From the sequence record OR539220.1: a stretch of 64,000 nt of DNA; one strand, written 5' to 3'. Below the pieces are notes generated by a model. The model was not told the origin of the DNA, did no database searches, and was given only the letters and a program-made list of their open reading frames with translations. The stretch is from Escherichia phage vB-Eco-KMB40. Made by a program: the position numbers and the translations under genes. Shown one piece after another: positions 9,522 to 20,537 of the stretch (the first letter of the stretch is position 1; each line of letters begins with the position of its first letter).

Positions 9522-10274
9522 ATGGCAAACATTATTCGTTGTAAATTACCAGATGGTGTTCATCGTTTTAAACCATTTACGGTAGAAGATTATCGAGATT
9601 TTTTGTTAGTTCGAAACGATATAGAACATCGGTCACCACAAGAACAAAAAGAAGTAATTGCTGATTTAATTGCTGATTATTTTGGAGACTATCCAAAGAC
9701 TTGGCAACCATTTATATTTTTGCAGGTATTTGTAGGTTCAATAGGTAAAACTAAAGTACCAGTCACATTTGTATGTCCAAAATGTAAAAAAGAAAAGACA
9801 GTTCCATTTGAAATATATCAAAAAGAATTAAAGGAACCTATTTTTGATGTAGCTAATGTTAAAATTAAATTAAATTTTCCTTCTGAGTTTTATGAAAATA
9901 AAGCAAAGATGATTACTGAAAATATTCATTCTGTTCAAGTAGATGAAATGTGGTATGATTGGAAGGAAATTAGTGAATCGAGTCAAATAGAACTTGTTGA
10001 CGCCATCGAGATAGAAACATTAGAAAAAATTCTCGATGCAATGAATCCTATTAATTTAACATTGCACATGTCGTGTTGTGATAAGTACATTAAAAAATAC
10101 ACTGATATAGTAGATGTGTTTAAGCTATTAGTTAATCCAGATGAGATATTTACTTTTTATCAAATTAATCACACGCTTGTAAAAAGTAATTATAGCTTAA
10201 ATTCAATAATGAAAATGATTCCTGCCGAGCGCGGATTCGTATTAAAACTGATTGAGAAGGATAAACATCAATGA
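9522..10274 (+). CDS. 51: baseplate hub assembly protein gp51
   Basis: 250 aa; matches T4 gp51; RBS AAGGAG. Confidence 0.9.
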   Translation: MANIIRCKLPDGVHRFKPFTVEDYRDFLLVRNDIEHRSPQEQKEVIADLIADYFGDYPKTWQPFIFLQVFVGSIGKTKVPVTFVCPKCKKEKTVPFEIYQKELKEPIFDVANVKIKLNFPSEFYENKAKMITENIHSVQVDEMWYDWKEISESSQIELVDAIEIETLEKILDAMNPINLTLHMSCCDKYIKKYTDIVDVFKLLVNPDEIFTFYQINHTLVKSNYSLNSIMKMIPAERGFVLKLIEKDKHQ

Positions 10275-11443
10275 GTATGTTACAACGTCCTGGATATCCA
10301 AATCTCAGCGTTAAATTATTTGAGAGTTATGACGCTTGGAGTAATAATAGATTTGTTGAATTAGCTGCTACTATTACCACATTAACTATGCGTGACTCTC
10401 TTTATGGTCGAAATGAAGGAATGCTACAATTTTATGATTCTAAAAACATTCATACAAAAATGGATGGAAATGAAATAATTCAGATTTCTGTAGCTAATGC
10501 AAACGATATTAATAATGTTAAAACACGAATTTATGGATGCAAGCATTTTTCCGTGTCAGTAGATTCAAAAGGCGATAACATCATTGCTATTGAATTGGGA
10601 ACTATTCATTCTATAGAAAATCTTAAATTTGGTAGACCATTTTTCCCTGATGCCGGTGAATCTATAAAGGAAATGCTTGGCGTAATTTATCAAGATCGTA
10701 CATTATTAACTCCAGCGATAAATGCTATTAATGCTTATGTTCCTGATATTCCATGGACTAGCACATTTGAAAACTATTTGTCATATGTAAGAGAAGTTGC
10801 TCTAGCGGTAGGAAGCGATAAGTTCGTATTTGTATGGCAAGACATCATGGGAGTTAACATGATGGACTATGATATGATGATAAATCAAGAACCATATCCA
10901 ATGATTGTCGGTGAGCCAACTTTAATAGGTCAATTCGTCCAAGAATTGAAATATCCATTAGCATATGATTTTGTTTGGTTGACTAAATCAAATCCGCATA
11001 AACGTGATCCAATGAAAAATGCTACTATCTATGCTCATTCATTTTTAGATTCTTCATTACCAATGATTACTACAGGAAAGGGTGAAAACTCTATTGTAGT
11101 GTCAAGGTCAGGTGCTTATTCTGAAATGACTTATAGAAATGGATATGAAGAAGCTATTCGTCTTCAGACTATGGCGCAGTATGATGGTTATGCTAAATGT
11201 TCTACTGTCGGTAATTTTAACTTGACTCCTGGCGTTAAAATTATTTTTAATGATAGTAAAAACCAATTTAAAACAGAATTTTACGTTGATGAAGTTATTC
11301 ACGAATTATCAAATAATAATTCCGTAACTCATCTTTATATGTTCACTAATGCAACGAAACTGGAAACAATCGACCCAGTTAAGGTTAAAAATGAATTTAA
11401 AACTGATACTACCACTGAAGAAAGTAGTTCTTCCGATAAGTAA
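10271..11443 (+). CDS. 27: baseplate hub protein gp27
   Basis: 390 aa; matches T4 gp27. Confidence 0.9.
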   Translation: MSMLQRPGYPNLSVKLFESYDAWSNNRFVELAATITTLTMRDSLYGRNEGMLQFYDSKNIHTKMDGNEIIQISVANANDINNVKTRIYGCKHFSVSVDSKGDNIIAIELGTIHSIENLKFGRPFFPDAGESIKEMLGVIYQDRTLLTPAINAINAYVPDIPWTSTFENYLSYVREVALAVGSDKFVFVWQDIMGVNMMDYDMMINQEPYPMIVGEPTLIGQFVQELKYPLAYDFVWLTKSNPHKRDPMKNATIYAHSFLDSSLPMITTGKGENSIVVSRSGAYSEMTYRNGYEEAIRLQTMAQYDGYAKCSTVGNFNLTPGVKIIFNDSKNQFKTEFYVDEVIHELSNNNSVTHLYMFTNATKLETIDPVKVKNEFKTDTTTEESSSSDK

Positions 11444-11924
11444 TAAAGAAGTTTCTATTCCTAAGATGGGTCTTAAACATTATAACATTTTAAAAGATGT
11501 TAAAGGTCCTGATGAAAATTTAAAGCTTCTTATTGATTCTATTTGTCCAAATTTATCACCGGCAGAAGTTGATTTCGTTTCTATTCATTTGCTAGAATTT
11601 AATGGAAAGATTAAATCTCGTAAAGAAATAGATGGTTATACTTATGATATTAATGACGTTTATGTATGCCAAAGATTGGAATTTCAATACCAAGGAAATA
11701 CATTTTATTTTAGACCTCCTGGAAAATTTGAACAATTTTTAACTGTAAGCGATATGTTATCCAAATGCTTGCTTAAGGTCAATGATGAAGTTAAAGAAAT
11801 TAATTTTCTTGAGATGCCAGCATTTGTTTTAAAATGGGCAAATGATATTTCTACAACTTTAGCAATTCCTGGCCCTAATGGTCCAATAACCGGAATTGGC
11901 AATATTATTGGATTATTTGAATGA
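11391..11924 (+). CDS. 28: baseplate hub distal protein gp28
   Basis: 177 aa from ATG 11391 (RBS AAGG); supplied ORF starts 14 codons earlier inside gene 27. Confidence 0.75.
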   Translation: MNLKLILPLKKVVLPISNKEVSIPKMGLKHYNILKDVKGPDENLKLLIDSICPNLSPAEVDFVSIHLLEFNGKIKSRKEIDGYTYDINDVYVCQRLEFQYQGNTFYFRPPGKFEQFLTVSDMLSKCLLKVNDEVKEINFLEMPAFVLKWANDISTTLAIPGPNGPITGIGNIIGLFE

Positions 11925-13693
11925 AAAAGCCACAAGAAATGCAAACGATGCGTAGAAAAGTTATTTCAGATAATAAACCAACACAGGAAGCGGCTAAATC
12001 CGCTTCTAACACTTTATCTGGACTTAATGACATATCTACGAAATTGGATGATGCTCAAGCTGCCTCTGAATTAATAGCTCAAACTGTCGAAGAAAAATCG
12101 AATGAAATAGTTGGAGCAATTGATAACGTTGAAAGCGCAGTAAGTGATACTACTGCCGGTTCTGAGTTAATTGCTGAAACTGTTGAAATTGGCAACAATA
12201 TTAATAAAGAAATCGGTGAATCGCTCGGAAGCAAATTAGATAAATTAACAAGTTTACTGGAACAAAAAATTCAGACAGCTGGAATTCAGCAAACTGGAAC
12301 GAGTTTAGCAGTAGTCGAAAATGCTATTCCTGTTAAAGTCGTCGAGGATGATACAGCTGAATCTGTGGGTCCTTTATTACCGGCTCCCGAAGCAGTTAAT
12401 AATGATCCTGATGCTGATTTTTTCCCTACTCCTCAGCCAATTGAACCAAAACAAGAGTCTCCAGAAGAGAAGCAAAAAAGAGATGCATTTAACTTAAAAA
12501 TATCTAATGCATTAGATAAATTAACAAAGACAGTTGATTTCGGATTTAAGAAATCTATTTCAATTACTGATAAAATATCTAGCATGCTATTTAAGTATAC
12601 CGTCAGTGCTGCTATTGAAGCTGCTAAAATGGTTGCATTGATAATGGCTGTTGTTATTGGAATAGACCTGCTGATGGTTCATTTTAAATACTGGTCAGAT
12701 AAATTTTCAAAAGCCTGGGATTTATTTGGTACTGATTTTACTAAATTCTCTAGCGAAACCGGAACATGGGGTCCTTTATTACAGAGCATCTTTGATTCTA
12801 TTGATAAAATTAAACAACTTTGGGAAGCTGGAGATTGGGGCGGATTAACAGCAGCTATTGTTGAAGGGCTTGGAAGTGTTCTTTATAATTTAGGAGAGCT
12901 TATTCAATTAGGTATGGCTAAATTATCTGCTGCAATTCTTCGAGTCATTCCTGGCATGAAGGATACTGCTGATGAAGTAGAAGGAAGAGCATTAGAAAAT
13001 TTCCAAAATTCTACTGGAGCATCTCTTAATAAAGAAGACCAAGAAAAAGTAGCAAATTATCAAGATAAACGAATGAATGACGATCTTGGCCCAATAGCAA
13101 AAGGATTAGACAAAATTGCTAATTGGAAAACTCGTGCATCTAACTGGATTCGTGGTGTAGATAATAAAGAAGCATTGACTACTGACGAAGAACGTGCAGC
13201 AGAAGAAGAAAAATTAAAACAACTTTCACCGGAAGAAAGAAAAAATGCTTTAATGAAAGCTAATGAAGCTCGTGCTGCGATGATTCGTTTTGAAAAATAC
13301 GCTGATTCAGCTGATATGAGCAAAGACTCGACAGTTAAATCAATTGAAGCTGCTCATGAAGACATTAAAAAACGAATGAATGATCCGGATTTAAATAATT
13401 CACCAGCGGTTAAAAAAGAACTTGCTTCTAGATTTGCTAAAATTGATGCCACTTATCAAGAGCTCAAGAAAAATCAACCTGAAGCAAAACCTGAAACTTC
13501 TGCTAAATCACCAGAAGCAAAACAGGTCCAGGTGATTGAAAAGAACAAAGCACAACAAGCTCCTGTTCAACAAGCATCTCCTTCAATCAATAATACTAAT
13601 AATGTTATTAAGAAAAATACTGTCGTTCATAACATGACACCTGTCACAAGCACAACTGCTCCTGGTGTATTTGGCGCGACGGGAGTTAATTAA
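11921..13693 (+). CDS. 29: baseplate hub/tail tube initiator gp29
   Basis: 590 aa; matches T4 gp29. Confidence 0.9.
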   Translation: MKKPQEMQTMRRKVISDNKPTQEAAKSASNTLSGLNDISTKLDDAQAASELIAQTVEEKSNEIVGAIDNVESAVSDTTAGSELIAETVEIGNNINKEIGESLGSKLDKLTSLLEQKIQTAGIQQTGTSLAVVENAIPVKVVEDDTAESVGPLLPAPEAVNNDPDADFFPTPQPIEPKQESPEEKQKRDAFNLKISNALDKLTKTVDFGFKKSISITDKISSMLFKYTVSAAIEAAKMVALIMAVVIGIDLLMVHFKYWSDKFSKAWDLFGTDFTKFSSETGTWGPLLQSIFDSIDKIKQLWEAGDWGGLTAAIVEGLGSVLYNLGELIQLGMAKLSAAILRVIPGMKDTADEVEGRALENFQNSTGASLNKEDQEKVANYQDKRMNDDLGPIAKGLDKIANWKTRASNWIRGVDNKEALTTDEERAAEEEKLKQLSPEERKNALMKANEARAAMIRFEKYADSADMSKDSTVKSIEAAHEDIKKRMNDPDLNNSPAVKKELASRFAKIDATYQELKKNQPEAKPETSAKSPEAKQVQVIEKNKAQQAPVQQASPSINNTNNVIKKNTVVHNMTPVTSTTAPGVFGATGVN

Positions 13694-13701
13694 GGAATAA
13701 T

Positions 13702-14796
13702 ATGGCAATTGTTAAAGAAATAACTGCTGATTTAATTAAAAAGTCCGGTGAAACAATTTCAGCCGGACAGAGTACTAAATCAGAAGTAGGAACTAAAACA
13801 TACACAGCCCAGTTTCCAACTGGGCGTGCTAGTGGTAATGACACTACAGGGGACTTCCAGGTAACAGATCTATATAAGAATGGATTATTATTTACTGCAT
13901 ACAATATGTCATCTAGGGATTCTGGAAGTCTTAGAACGATGAGATCTAACTACTCTTCTTCATCTTCGAGTATTTTACGTACAGCCAGAAACACTATCAG
14001 TAATACAGTATCAAAACTATCAAATGGACTAATATCAGATAATAATTCAGGAACAATAAGTAAAGTTCCTGTTGCAAATATTCTTTTACCTAGATCTAAA
14101 TCTGACGTCGATACGTCATCACATAGATTTAATGATGTTCAAGATAGTCTTATTACAAAAGGCGGAGGTACTGCTACTGGTGTGCTAAGCAATATGGCTT
14201 CAACCGCAGTATTTGGAGCGTTGGAAAGTATAACACAAGGTATAATGGCTGATAATAATGAACAGATCTATACAACAGCTAGAAGCATGTACGGCGGTGC
14301 TGAAAATAGAACTAAAGTGTTCACCTGGGATTTAACTCCGCGCTCAACAGAAGATTTAATGGCTATTATTAATATCTATCAGTATTTTAACTATTTTTCT
14401 TACGGTGAAACTGGTAAATCTCAATATGCTGCTGAAATAAAAGGATATTTAGATGAGTGGTATCGTTCTACATTTATTGAACCATTAACGCCAGAAGACG
14501 CGATTAAAAACAAGACGTTATTTGAAAAAATGACATCGAGTTTAACGAACGTTCTTGTAGTTTCAAACCCGACAATTTGGATGGTGAAAAACTTTGGTGC
14601 AACTTCTAAATTTGATGGAAAGACTGAAGTATTCGGTCCATGCCAAATACAGAGTATTAGATTTGATAAAACACCAAATGGTAACTTTAATGGATTAGCT
14701 ATTGCTCCTAACCTTCCAAGTTCTTTTACACTCGAGATTACTATGAGAGAGATTATTACGTTAAACCGTGCTTCTTTATATACGGGGACTTTCTAA
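13702..14796 (+). CDS. 48: baseplate tail-tube junction protein gp48
   Basis: 364 aa; matches T4 gp48. Confidence 0.9.
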   Translation: MAIVKEITADLIKKSGETISAGQSTKSEVGTKTYTAQFPTGRASGNDTTGDFQVTDLYKNGLLFTAYNMSSRDSGSLRTMRSNYSSSSSSILRTARNTISNTVSKLSNGLISDNNSGTISKVPVANILLPRSKSDVDTSSHRFNDVQDSLITKGGGTATGVLSNMASTAVFGALESITQGIMADNNEQIYTTARSMYGGAENRTKVFTWDLTPRSTEDLMAIINIYQYFNYFSYGETGKSQYAAEIKGYLDEWYRSTFIEPLTPEDAIKNKTLFEKMTSSLTNVLVVSNPTIWMVKNFGATSKFDGKTEVFGPCQIQSIRFDKTPNGNFNGLAIAPNLPSSFTLEITMREIITLNRASLYTGTF

Positions 14797-15761
14797 TGTA
14801 TTCTTTAGAGGAATTTAATAATCAAGCAATAAACGCAGACTTCCAACGTAATAATATGTTCAGCTGTGTTTTTGCTACAACTCCATCAACTAAAAGCTCA
14901 TCGTTAATAAGCTCAATTAGTAACTTTGCTTATAATAACTTGGGTCTAAATTCAGATTGGTTGGGATTAACTCAAGGTGATATTAATCAGGGAATTACCA
15001 CGCTAATTACCGCTGGCACACAAAAACTGATAAGAAAATCAGGGGTTAGTAAATATCTTATTGGTGCCATGAGTCAACGTACAGTTCAAAGTTTATTAGG
15101 CTCATTTACAGTTGGTACATATTTAATTGACTTCTTTAACATGGCATATAACTCATCTGGATTGATGATATATTCTGTAAAAATGCCAGAAAATAGATTA
15201 TCCTATGAAACTGACTGGAACTATAATTCTCCTAATATTCGTATAACTGGAAGAGAATTAGACCCTTTGGTTATTTCATTTAGAATGGATTCAGAAGCTT
15301 GTAACTATCGTGCAATGCAAGACTGGGTTAACGCTGTTCAAGACCCAGTAACTGGATTGCGTGCTTTACCGCAAGATGTCGAGGCAGATATTCAGGTCAA
15401 TCTTCATTCTCGCAATGGATTACCACATACTGCGGTGATGTTCACTGGCTGTATTCCAATATCTGTGAGTGCTCCTGAGTTATCATATGATGGAGATAAC
15501 CAAATAACTACATTTGATGTTACTTTCGCTTATAGAGTCATGCAGGCTGGAGCAGTTGATAGACAAGCTGCCCTTGAATGGCTTGAATCTGCTACTATAA
15601 ATGGTATTCAAAGCGTTCTCGGAAATAGTGGAGGTGTTACTGGACTATCTAATTCGCTTTCACGACTTAGTAGATTAGGGGGAACTGCAGGAAGCATTTC
15701 AAATATTAATACTATGACAGGAATTGTCAACTCGCAAAGTAAAATATTAGGAGCAATATAA
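14796..15761 (+). CDS. 54: baseplate tail-tube junction protein gp54
   Basis: 321 aa; matches T4 gp54. Confidence 0.9.
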   Translation: MYSLEEFNNQAINADFQRNNMFSCVFATTPSTKSSSLISSISNFAYNNLGLNSDWLGLTQGDINQGITTLITAGTQKLIRKSGVSKYLIGAMSQRTVQSLLGSFTVGTYLIDFFNMAYNSSGLMIYSVKMPENRLSYETDWNYNSPNIRITGRELDPLVISFRMDSEACNYRAMQDWVNAVQDPVTGLRALPQDVEADIQVNLHSRNGLPHTAVMFTGCIPISVSAPELSYDGDNQITTFDVTFAYRVMQAGAVDRQAALEWLESATINGIQSVLGNSGGVTGLSNSLSRLSRLGGTAGSISNINTMTGIVNSQSKILGAI

Positions 15762-15765
15762 CAAT

Positions 15766-15790
15766 GGGGACCGAAAGGTCCCCATGTTTT
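15766..15790. terminator. hairpin GGGGACC-GAAA-GGTCCCC with T-run after gene 54
   Basis: 7-bp GC stem followed by ATGTTTTTATTT. Confidence 0.5.
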
Positions 15791-16080
15791 TATTTACGGA
15801 ATGAAATAAAAGCAGCAACTGAAGCAACAGAGGTTTCTTCAATATAAACCTCAATTTTTACCGGAGCTTCTGACTCAAATTTACCTGTTACTACACCCTG
15901 AAAAATACTTTCAGTCTGTTCTGGCTTTGAAAAATTTTCAGAAGGAAAAATTCCGAACTTTTTATCTGTTCCAAAAATTTTGATAAATTCATCGTAAACT
16001 GCTTCATTGAAAGCGTTATCAGCGGGAATAACGCCTTCAACGACGAGTTCTTGACCTAAAAAGCGCAAAGAAGATTTCAT
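15790..16080 (-). CDS. hypothetical protein (alt.-3 position)
   Basis: 96-aa ORF; RBS GAGGAA; own early promoter just upstream. Confidence 0.55.
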   Translation of the reverse strand: MKSSLRFLGQELVVEGVIPADNAFNEAVYDEFIKIFGTDKKFGIFPSENFSKPEQTESIFQGVVTGKFESEAPVKIEVYIEETSVASVAAFISFRK

Positions 16081-16111
16081 TTTGTGTTCCTCATGTTATG
16101 TCAGTAAGACT

Positions 16112-16141
16112 ACTATAACACAACATGAGGGACTTGTAAAC
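16112..16141 (-). promoter_or_regulatory. early promoter (GTTTAC -35, TATAGT -10)
   Basis: Minus strand GTTTAC (plus 16136-16141), 18-nt spacer, TATAGT; near-identical copy at 31411-31440. Confidence 0.5.
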
Positions 16142-18198
16142 TACATTTTGAACTTTTTAGACATTCCGTTGATGTTAACCAAAGAAGCTAAGATTTGAGA
16201 AACTTCGTTTTCCTCTTCTTTTGATTCTTCTACAAGGAATTGATTAAATCCAGCCATTGGACGAACTTCGCCAGTTTCCATTAGATGGTCGCCATCATAT
16301 ACTGATTCTTCTAATTGTTCAGAAGGAGGAACGATTGTACCTTCGATTAGATACTTGTTATAAGCAGTTTCTTTCATAAAGTAAGTACTTACTTTATTAA
16401 TCTTCAGTAAAATTCCACGTGGTAGAATAACTTCAGCTTCTGATGGAAATCCTGACAAATGACCTGGAACGATAACTTTAACTCGTTCAGCTCCTTTAAT
16501 TACCATACCCACGCTAGTTTCAGCATCTTCATTAGCATATGTAGAATGACTACCCATATGCATCAAATCTTCTGCATCAACGGAACCTTCTCCTTCACCA
16601 GAAAATACTGCTCCGGAATTATCTAAGGCCATATAATTTTTACCATACTCACCAAAGATATTTGGTTTAAGTGATGTCGATACGAAGTTCTTGAAATAGA
16701 ACATTTTATTTTCAATGTTATGACGCAAAGTTTTAAAAGTAACTTCTTGTCCACGGTAAAGTGTAGTTCCTGGAGGAAGAACTGAACCTTTAGCGAATGC
16801 AGAATCCAGCGTCTCAATATGTTTAATAGCTCGTTCCATATATTCTTCACGTGTAGAATCAGGTTTACCTAAAAGGAATGAGTTCATTTCAACATACGAA
16901 TCTGCGCAATAATCTTCAATTACATCAGACTCAGCCTGAGTCAATCCTTTTGGAGTTACTTCAGTGCTTGCATATTCATATGCCTGAGCAGCAGATTCAT
17001 CAATTAATTTATAAATTCCATTCATTACAAATTGAATAATAGCTGTCTTTTCATCTGGTGTAGCTTTAGAACCTTTAACTAAATCATTGATAATTTTCTT
17101 AATAACATCAAAACTATTAGAAATATTAATATCAGCAAGATCACTTAAAATTTTATCAGTTTTATAATCAAAGAATTCTTTATTCTTTAAATATTCTTGA
17201 GAACCTTGATATGTTATATCGCTCTGCAGCTTGATAGATGGATCGCGTAAACGTGCATGGGCCAATGCAATATGATTTCGGAAGCTTTCGAGTTCATAAT
17301 CACTAGATTTAAAACGAGAAGCACTTCTCATACCACCGATAGCTCCTTTGCTAAAGTTTGAACCAACCTGAATAACGCCAGAGTTCATTGGTCCTTCTGC
17401 TTTATATACCGGAACTTTAGATTCAAACTCTTGATATTTCTTAGCAGCGAAGCTATCACCCTGAAGTGAAGCATCAACAGTAGAATATTGAGCTTGCGCT
17501 GCTAATCGACGACTAATTTTAGTTTTCTGAATAACAGCTTGATCCGTGCGCTTATCATTTTCTAAAGCAATAGAAGCAGCAACAGCAACAGCTTTAGGAA
17601 CAGCATTACCTGTTTTAACGTCTACATAAACATCACCAACCTTTGATTCAACTTTTGTGAATAACTCGGTTGAAATAGGAGGTACACCTGGAATGTCTTC
17701 TAAATTGGCATTTTTACGGTAAACCATAATATATGCGTACTTTTTATCATAATCCCAGATTTCCTTTAAAAGAACATATCGACCTGCTCCTTTAGTACGT
17801 ACTAAACGGTCAGCAATAACTTGCATTTGCCGAGCAGCGCCATTTGTTTTACTTTTTAGTACGCGGAATAAGCATGCATCAATTTTATACTGTTTCATTG
17901 TTTGAAGAGCAGTATCAAAAACAGCATTAATGACGCCAATTGGATTTCCACCCAAGTTTTTAAGCTTAACTAATGATAGTTTCTCATTAACACCTATCAT
18001 TACGATATGCATCATTTTGTCGCCTGGCTTAACGTTTTTATTCGTATCACCGCCAGAGGTGTATGTACAAAATCTAAATCCAGGAAGCACGCTTTCTTCA
18101 CCTGCTTGAATAGCAAAAATTTGAGGTATTTTATGCTTAGGATTTAAGTTAACAACCGGCGCCGAAGCGCCGTCAAATAATTCTGTAATAAGTTCCAT
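16141..18198 (-). CDS. Alt-family mono-ADP-ribosyltransferase paralog (alt.-2 position)
   Basis: 685 aa; N-terminus MELITELFD (capsid-targeting type); R-S-E motifs YRGQ, FVSTSL, EAEVILPRG. Confidence 0.8.
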   Translation of the reverse strand: MELITELFDGASAPVVNLNPKHKIPQIFAIQAGEESVLPGFRFCTYTSGGDTNKNVKPGDKMMHIVMIGVNEKLSLVKLKNLGGNPIGVINAVFDTALQTMKQYKIDACLFRVLKSKTNGAARQMQVIADRLVRTKGAGRYVLLKEIWDYDKKYAYIMVYRKNANLEDIPGVPPISTELFTKVESKVGDVYVDVKTGNAVPKAVAVAASIALENDKRTDQAVIQKTKISRRLAAQAQYSTVDASLQGDSFAAKKYQEFESKVPVYKAEGPMNSGVIQVGSNFSKGAIGGMRSASRFKSSDYELESFRNHIALAHARLRDPSIKLQSDITYQGSQEYLKNKEFFDYKTDKILSDLADINISNSFDVIKKIINDLVKGSKATPDEKTAIIQFVMNGIYKLIDESAAQAYEYASTEVTPKGLTQAESDVIEDYCADSYVEMNSFLLGKPDSTREEYMERAIKHIETLDSAFAKGSVLPPGTTLYRGQEVTFKTLRHNIENKMFYFKNFVSTSLKPNIFGEYGKNYMALDNSGAVFSGEGEGSVDAEDLMHMGSHSTYANEDAETSVGMVIKGAERVKVIVPGHLSGFPSEAEVILPRGILLKINKVSTYFMKETAYNKYLIEGTIVPPSEQLEESVYDGDHLMETGEVRPMAGFNQFLVEESKEEENEVSQILASLVNINGMSKKFKM

Positions 18199-18201
18199 GA
18201 T

Positions 18202-20295
18202 TTATCCTTGAACGAACTTGTAAGGCATGTTTGTAATATCTATGCAAGACGCAATAATTCCAAGAGATGATTCTACTTTCTGTTTAATATTTGATGAAAC
18301 AAATGATGCAAAGTCAACTCTGTCTTCTATTTCAATATCACCTGTCATTGCAACCAATTCACCAGTTTCCATTAAATGGTCTCCATCATAGATTACCGAT
18401 TCGGTGAGCTCTTCCGTGGTCATAACTTCAGCTTGAATGAGTTTTGTATTATTAGATGTTGTTCCGTCATTATTAGAAGCATCGGTTATTTTATTAACTT
18501 TGACCATCAATCCACGCGGTAGAATAACTTCAGCTTCTGTTGCTATTCCGAGACTTCCTGGATATACAACATTAACTTTATGAGCTCCATCAATTGCCCA
18601 TCCTATTTGAACTTTAACATATTCAGGATTTTCTTTATACGCTCTTATTTCGTTTGGATTAATAGTTATTCCTTCTTCATTTTTATCAACTGTTAATTCA
18701 TTGCGAGCTTCTGGTTCTAAAAGACCAATACCAGCATGTGTGATTCCAAAACGTCCAAAAATGATAGGAGTTAAAGAAGTAGATACAAAATTTCTGAAGT
18801 AGAACACTTTATTTTTAACTAACGCTTCATATATAGGAGCAGTCATACTTTGAGCACGATAAACTGTAATGCCTTCTGGTATACGGTCACCATTTTCAAA
18901 AGCTGAATCTAAATTATTTATAGCAGATTCAATTTCTTTTTCACTCATTATATCATATCGTTCTGGATTGTAACGACCTAAAAGAAGATTATTGATGTCT
19001 GTATATCCTGAACCACAATACTCTCTAATGCCGCGCTTTTGTGATGGAGTATATTTAGAACCATCACGGGCAATAGTAATATCAATCATTGGACCTGCAC
19101 AAATTCCGGAAAAGCTATAAATCATTCGTTTGAGGAATTTAGTTTTTGCTGCATTCCAGGCATTTTTAGTTATTTCTCCCCAGACTTCATCTGGCTGCCC
19201 TTTACGAGTTTTATTATGTTTATCAAGCCAATTATCTTTATATTCTTCAAATAATTGATTAACAGCTGCTGCGTATTTCTCTAAACATTTTATTGAAGTA
19301 GTTGGTTCATTTTTAATCGCATTAAGAATTACATCTTTAATTTTTTCTGAAACTTCATCAACCTCACTTTTTGAAAAGAATTTATAGTCATAGTGAAGTT
19401 CATTCGCAGTTCCTTCAGCAATAATTTTTGCTGCCTTTGTTTTAGAAGCTAATGAATTAATTCCAATTTTCATTTCTTCTGCTTCGGGAATTAAAGGTGC
19501 AGTAGCTGGTTTATTAAAATTAGCTGCTGTAGATTCATACTTCTGGAATAATTCACTTTCAAATCTAGAAGATTCCAATGACTGACTTTGTGCAATTGCT
19601 CTACGGGAAATTTTAACTTTAACGATTACAGCTTGATCAGAACGTTTATCATTTTCTTGTGCAATTGATGCTGCAATTGCCTCATTTTTAGTTACTTGAG
19701 CTCCAGTATCTTTATTGATATAAACATCACCGACCTTCGATTCAACTTTAGTAAAAAGCTCGGTACTAATTTCCGGAACTCCTGGAATGTCTTCTAGTGA
19801 TACATTTTTGCGATGTATAAGAATATATGCGTACTTTTTATCATAATCCCAGAGTTCCTTAAGAAGGACGTATCTGCCACCTGAACGACTACGGATAAGT
19901 CTATCAGCAATAACTTGAATTTGTCGAGCTTGACCAGCGGTTTTAGACTTAAGAATACGAAGCATGCAGGCATCAATTTTATACTGACGCATTGTTTGCA
20001 TTGCAACAGTAAAAACTGAATTGATATAATTAATTGGGCTTGGACCAAGACCTTTTAATTTGGCAATTGAACCTTTAGCAGTTAATGTAAAAGGAACAAT
20101 ATGCATCATTTTATCGCCCATCTTTAAATCGCGATTAGTATCACCTCCAGATGTATAGGTACATAAACGAAAGCCTGGTTGTTCAATTGCATCATCAACA
20201 TGAACTGAAAAAATTTGTGGTATTTTCTTCTTTGGATTTAAGTTTGTAATCGGAAGAGTAGTATCTTCGTCAAATAATTCTGTAATAAGTTCCAT
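18202..20295 (-). CDS. alt: ADP-ribosyltransferase Alt (packaged head protein)
   Basis: 697 aa; MELITELFDE N-terminus; motifs YRAQ, FVSTSL, EAEVILPRG; adjacent to ligase gene 30 region as in T4. Confidence 0.85.
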   Translation of the reverse strand: MELITELFDEDTTLPITNLNPKKKIPQIFSVHVDDAIEQPGFRLCTYTSGGDTNRDLKMGDKMMHIVPFTLTAKGSIAKLKGLGPSPINYINSVFTVAMQTMRQYKIDACMLRILKSKTAGQARQIQVIADRLIRSRSGGRYVLLKELWDYDKKYAYILIHRKNVSLEDIPGVPEISTELFTKVESKVGDVYINKDTGAQVTKNEAIAASIAQENDKRSDQAVIVKVKISRRAIAQSQSLESSRFESELFQKYESTAANFNKPATAPLIPEAEEMKIGINSLASKTKAAKIIAEGTANELHYDYKFFSKSEVDEVSEKIKDVILNAIKNEPTTSIKCLEKYAAAVNQLFEEYKDNWLDKHNKTRKGQPDEVWGEITKNAWNAAKTKFLKRMIYSFSGICAGPMIDITIARDGSKYTPSQKRGIREYCGSGYTDINNLLLGRYNPERYDIMSEKEIESAINNLDSAFENGDRIPEGITVYRAQSMTAPIYEALVKNKVFYFRNFVSTSLTPIIFGRFGITHAGIGLLEPEARNELTVDKNEEGITINPNEIRAYKENPEYVKVQIGWAIDGAHKVNVVYPGSLGIATEAEVILPRGLMVKVNKITDASNNDGTTSNNTKLIQAEVMTTEELTESVIYDGDHLMETGELVAMTGDIEIEDRVDFASFVSSNIKQKVESSLGIIASCIDITNMPYKFVQG

Positions 20296-20318
20296 GTTAT
20301 CCTCTCTAGTGTTTATTC

Positions 20319-20326
20319 TATTTATA
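20319..20326 (-). promoter_or_regulatory. late promoter TATAAATA for alt
   Basis: Plus TATTTATA; 24 nt upstream of alt ATG; RBS GAGAGGA. Confidence 0.5.
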
Positions 20327-20331
20327 AAATT

Positions 20332-20349
20332 AAAGGCCCGAAGGCCTTT
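20332..20349 (-). terminator. hairpin AAAGGCC-CGAA-GGCCTTT (UUCG on minus)
   Basis: Immediately after stop of the 61-aa ORF at 20352. Confidence 0.45.
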
Positions 20350-20351
20350 AA

Positions 20352-20537
20352 TTAATAGAGAGCTAAAAGAGTACGATATACTTCAAACTTTGGACCTTTT
20401 TCATAGGCATCAAATGTTTCTGTGAATTTATTATAAGCATATGCATCTATAAATTCAATCATGATTTGTGATACAGAAGTAGAAACATCTCCACCTTCTT
20501 TTTGAGCCACGACAATTGTTTCTAAGTAAGCTTTCAT
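20352..20537 (-). CDS. hypothetical protein
   Basis: 61-aa ORF; start overlaps gene 30 stop by 4 nt. Confidence 0.5.
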   Translation of the reverse strand: MKAYLETIVVAQKEGGDVSTSVSQIMIEFIDAYAYNKFTETFDAYEKGPKFEVYRTLLALY

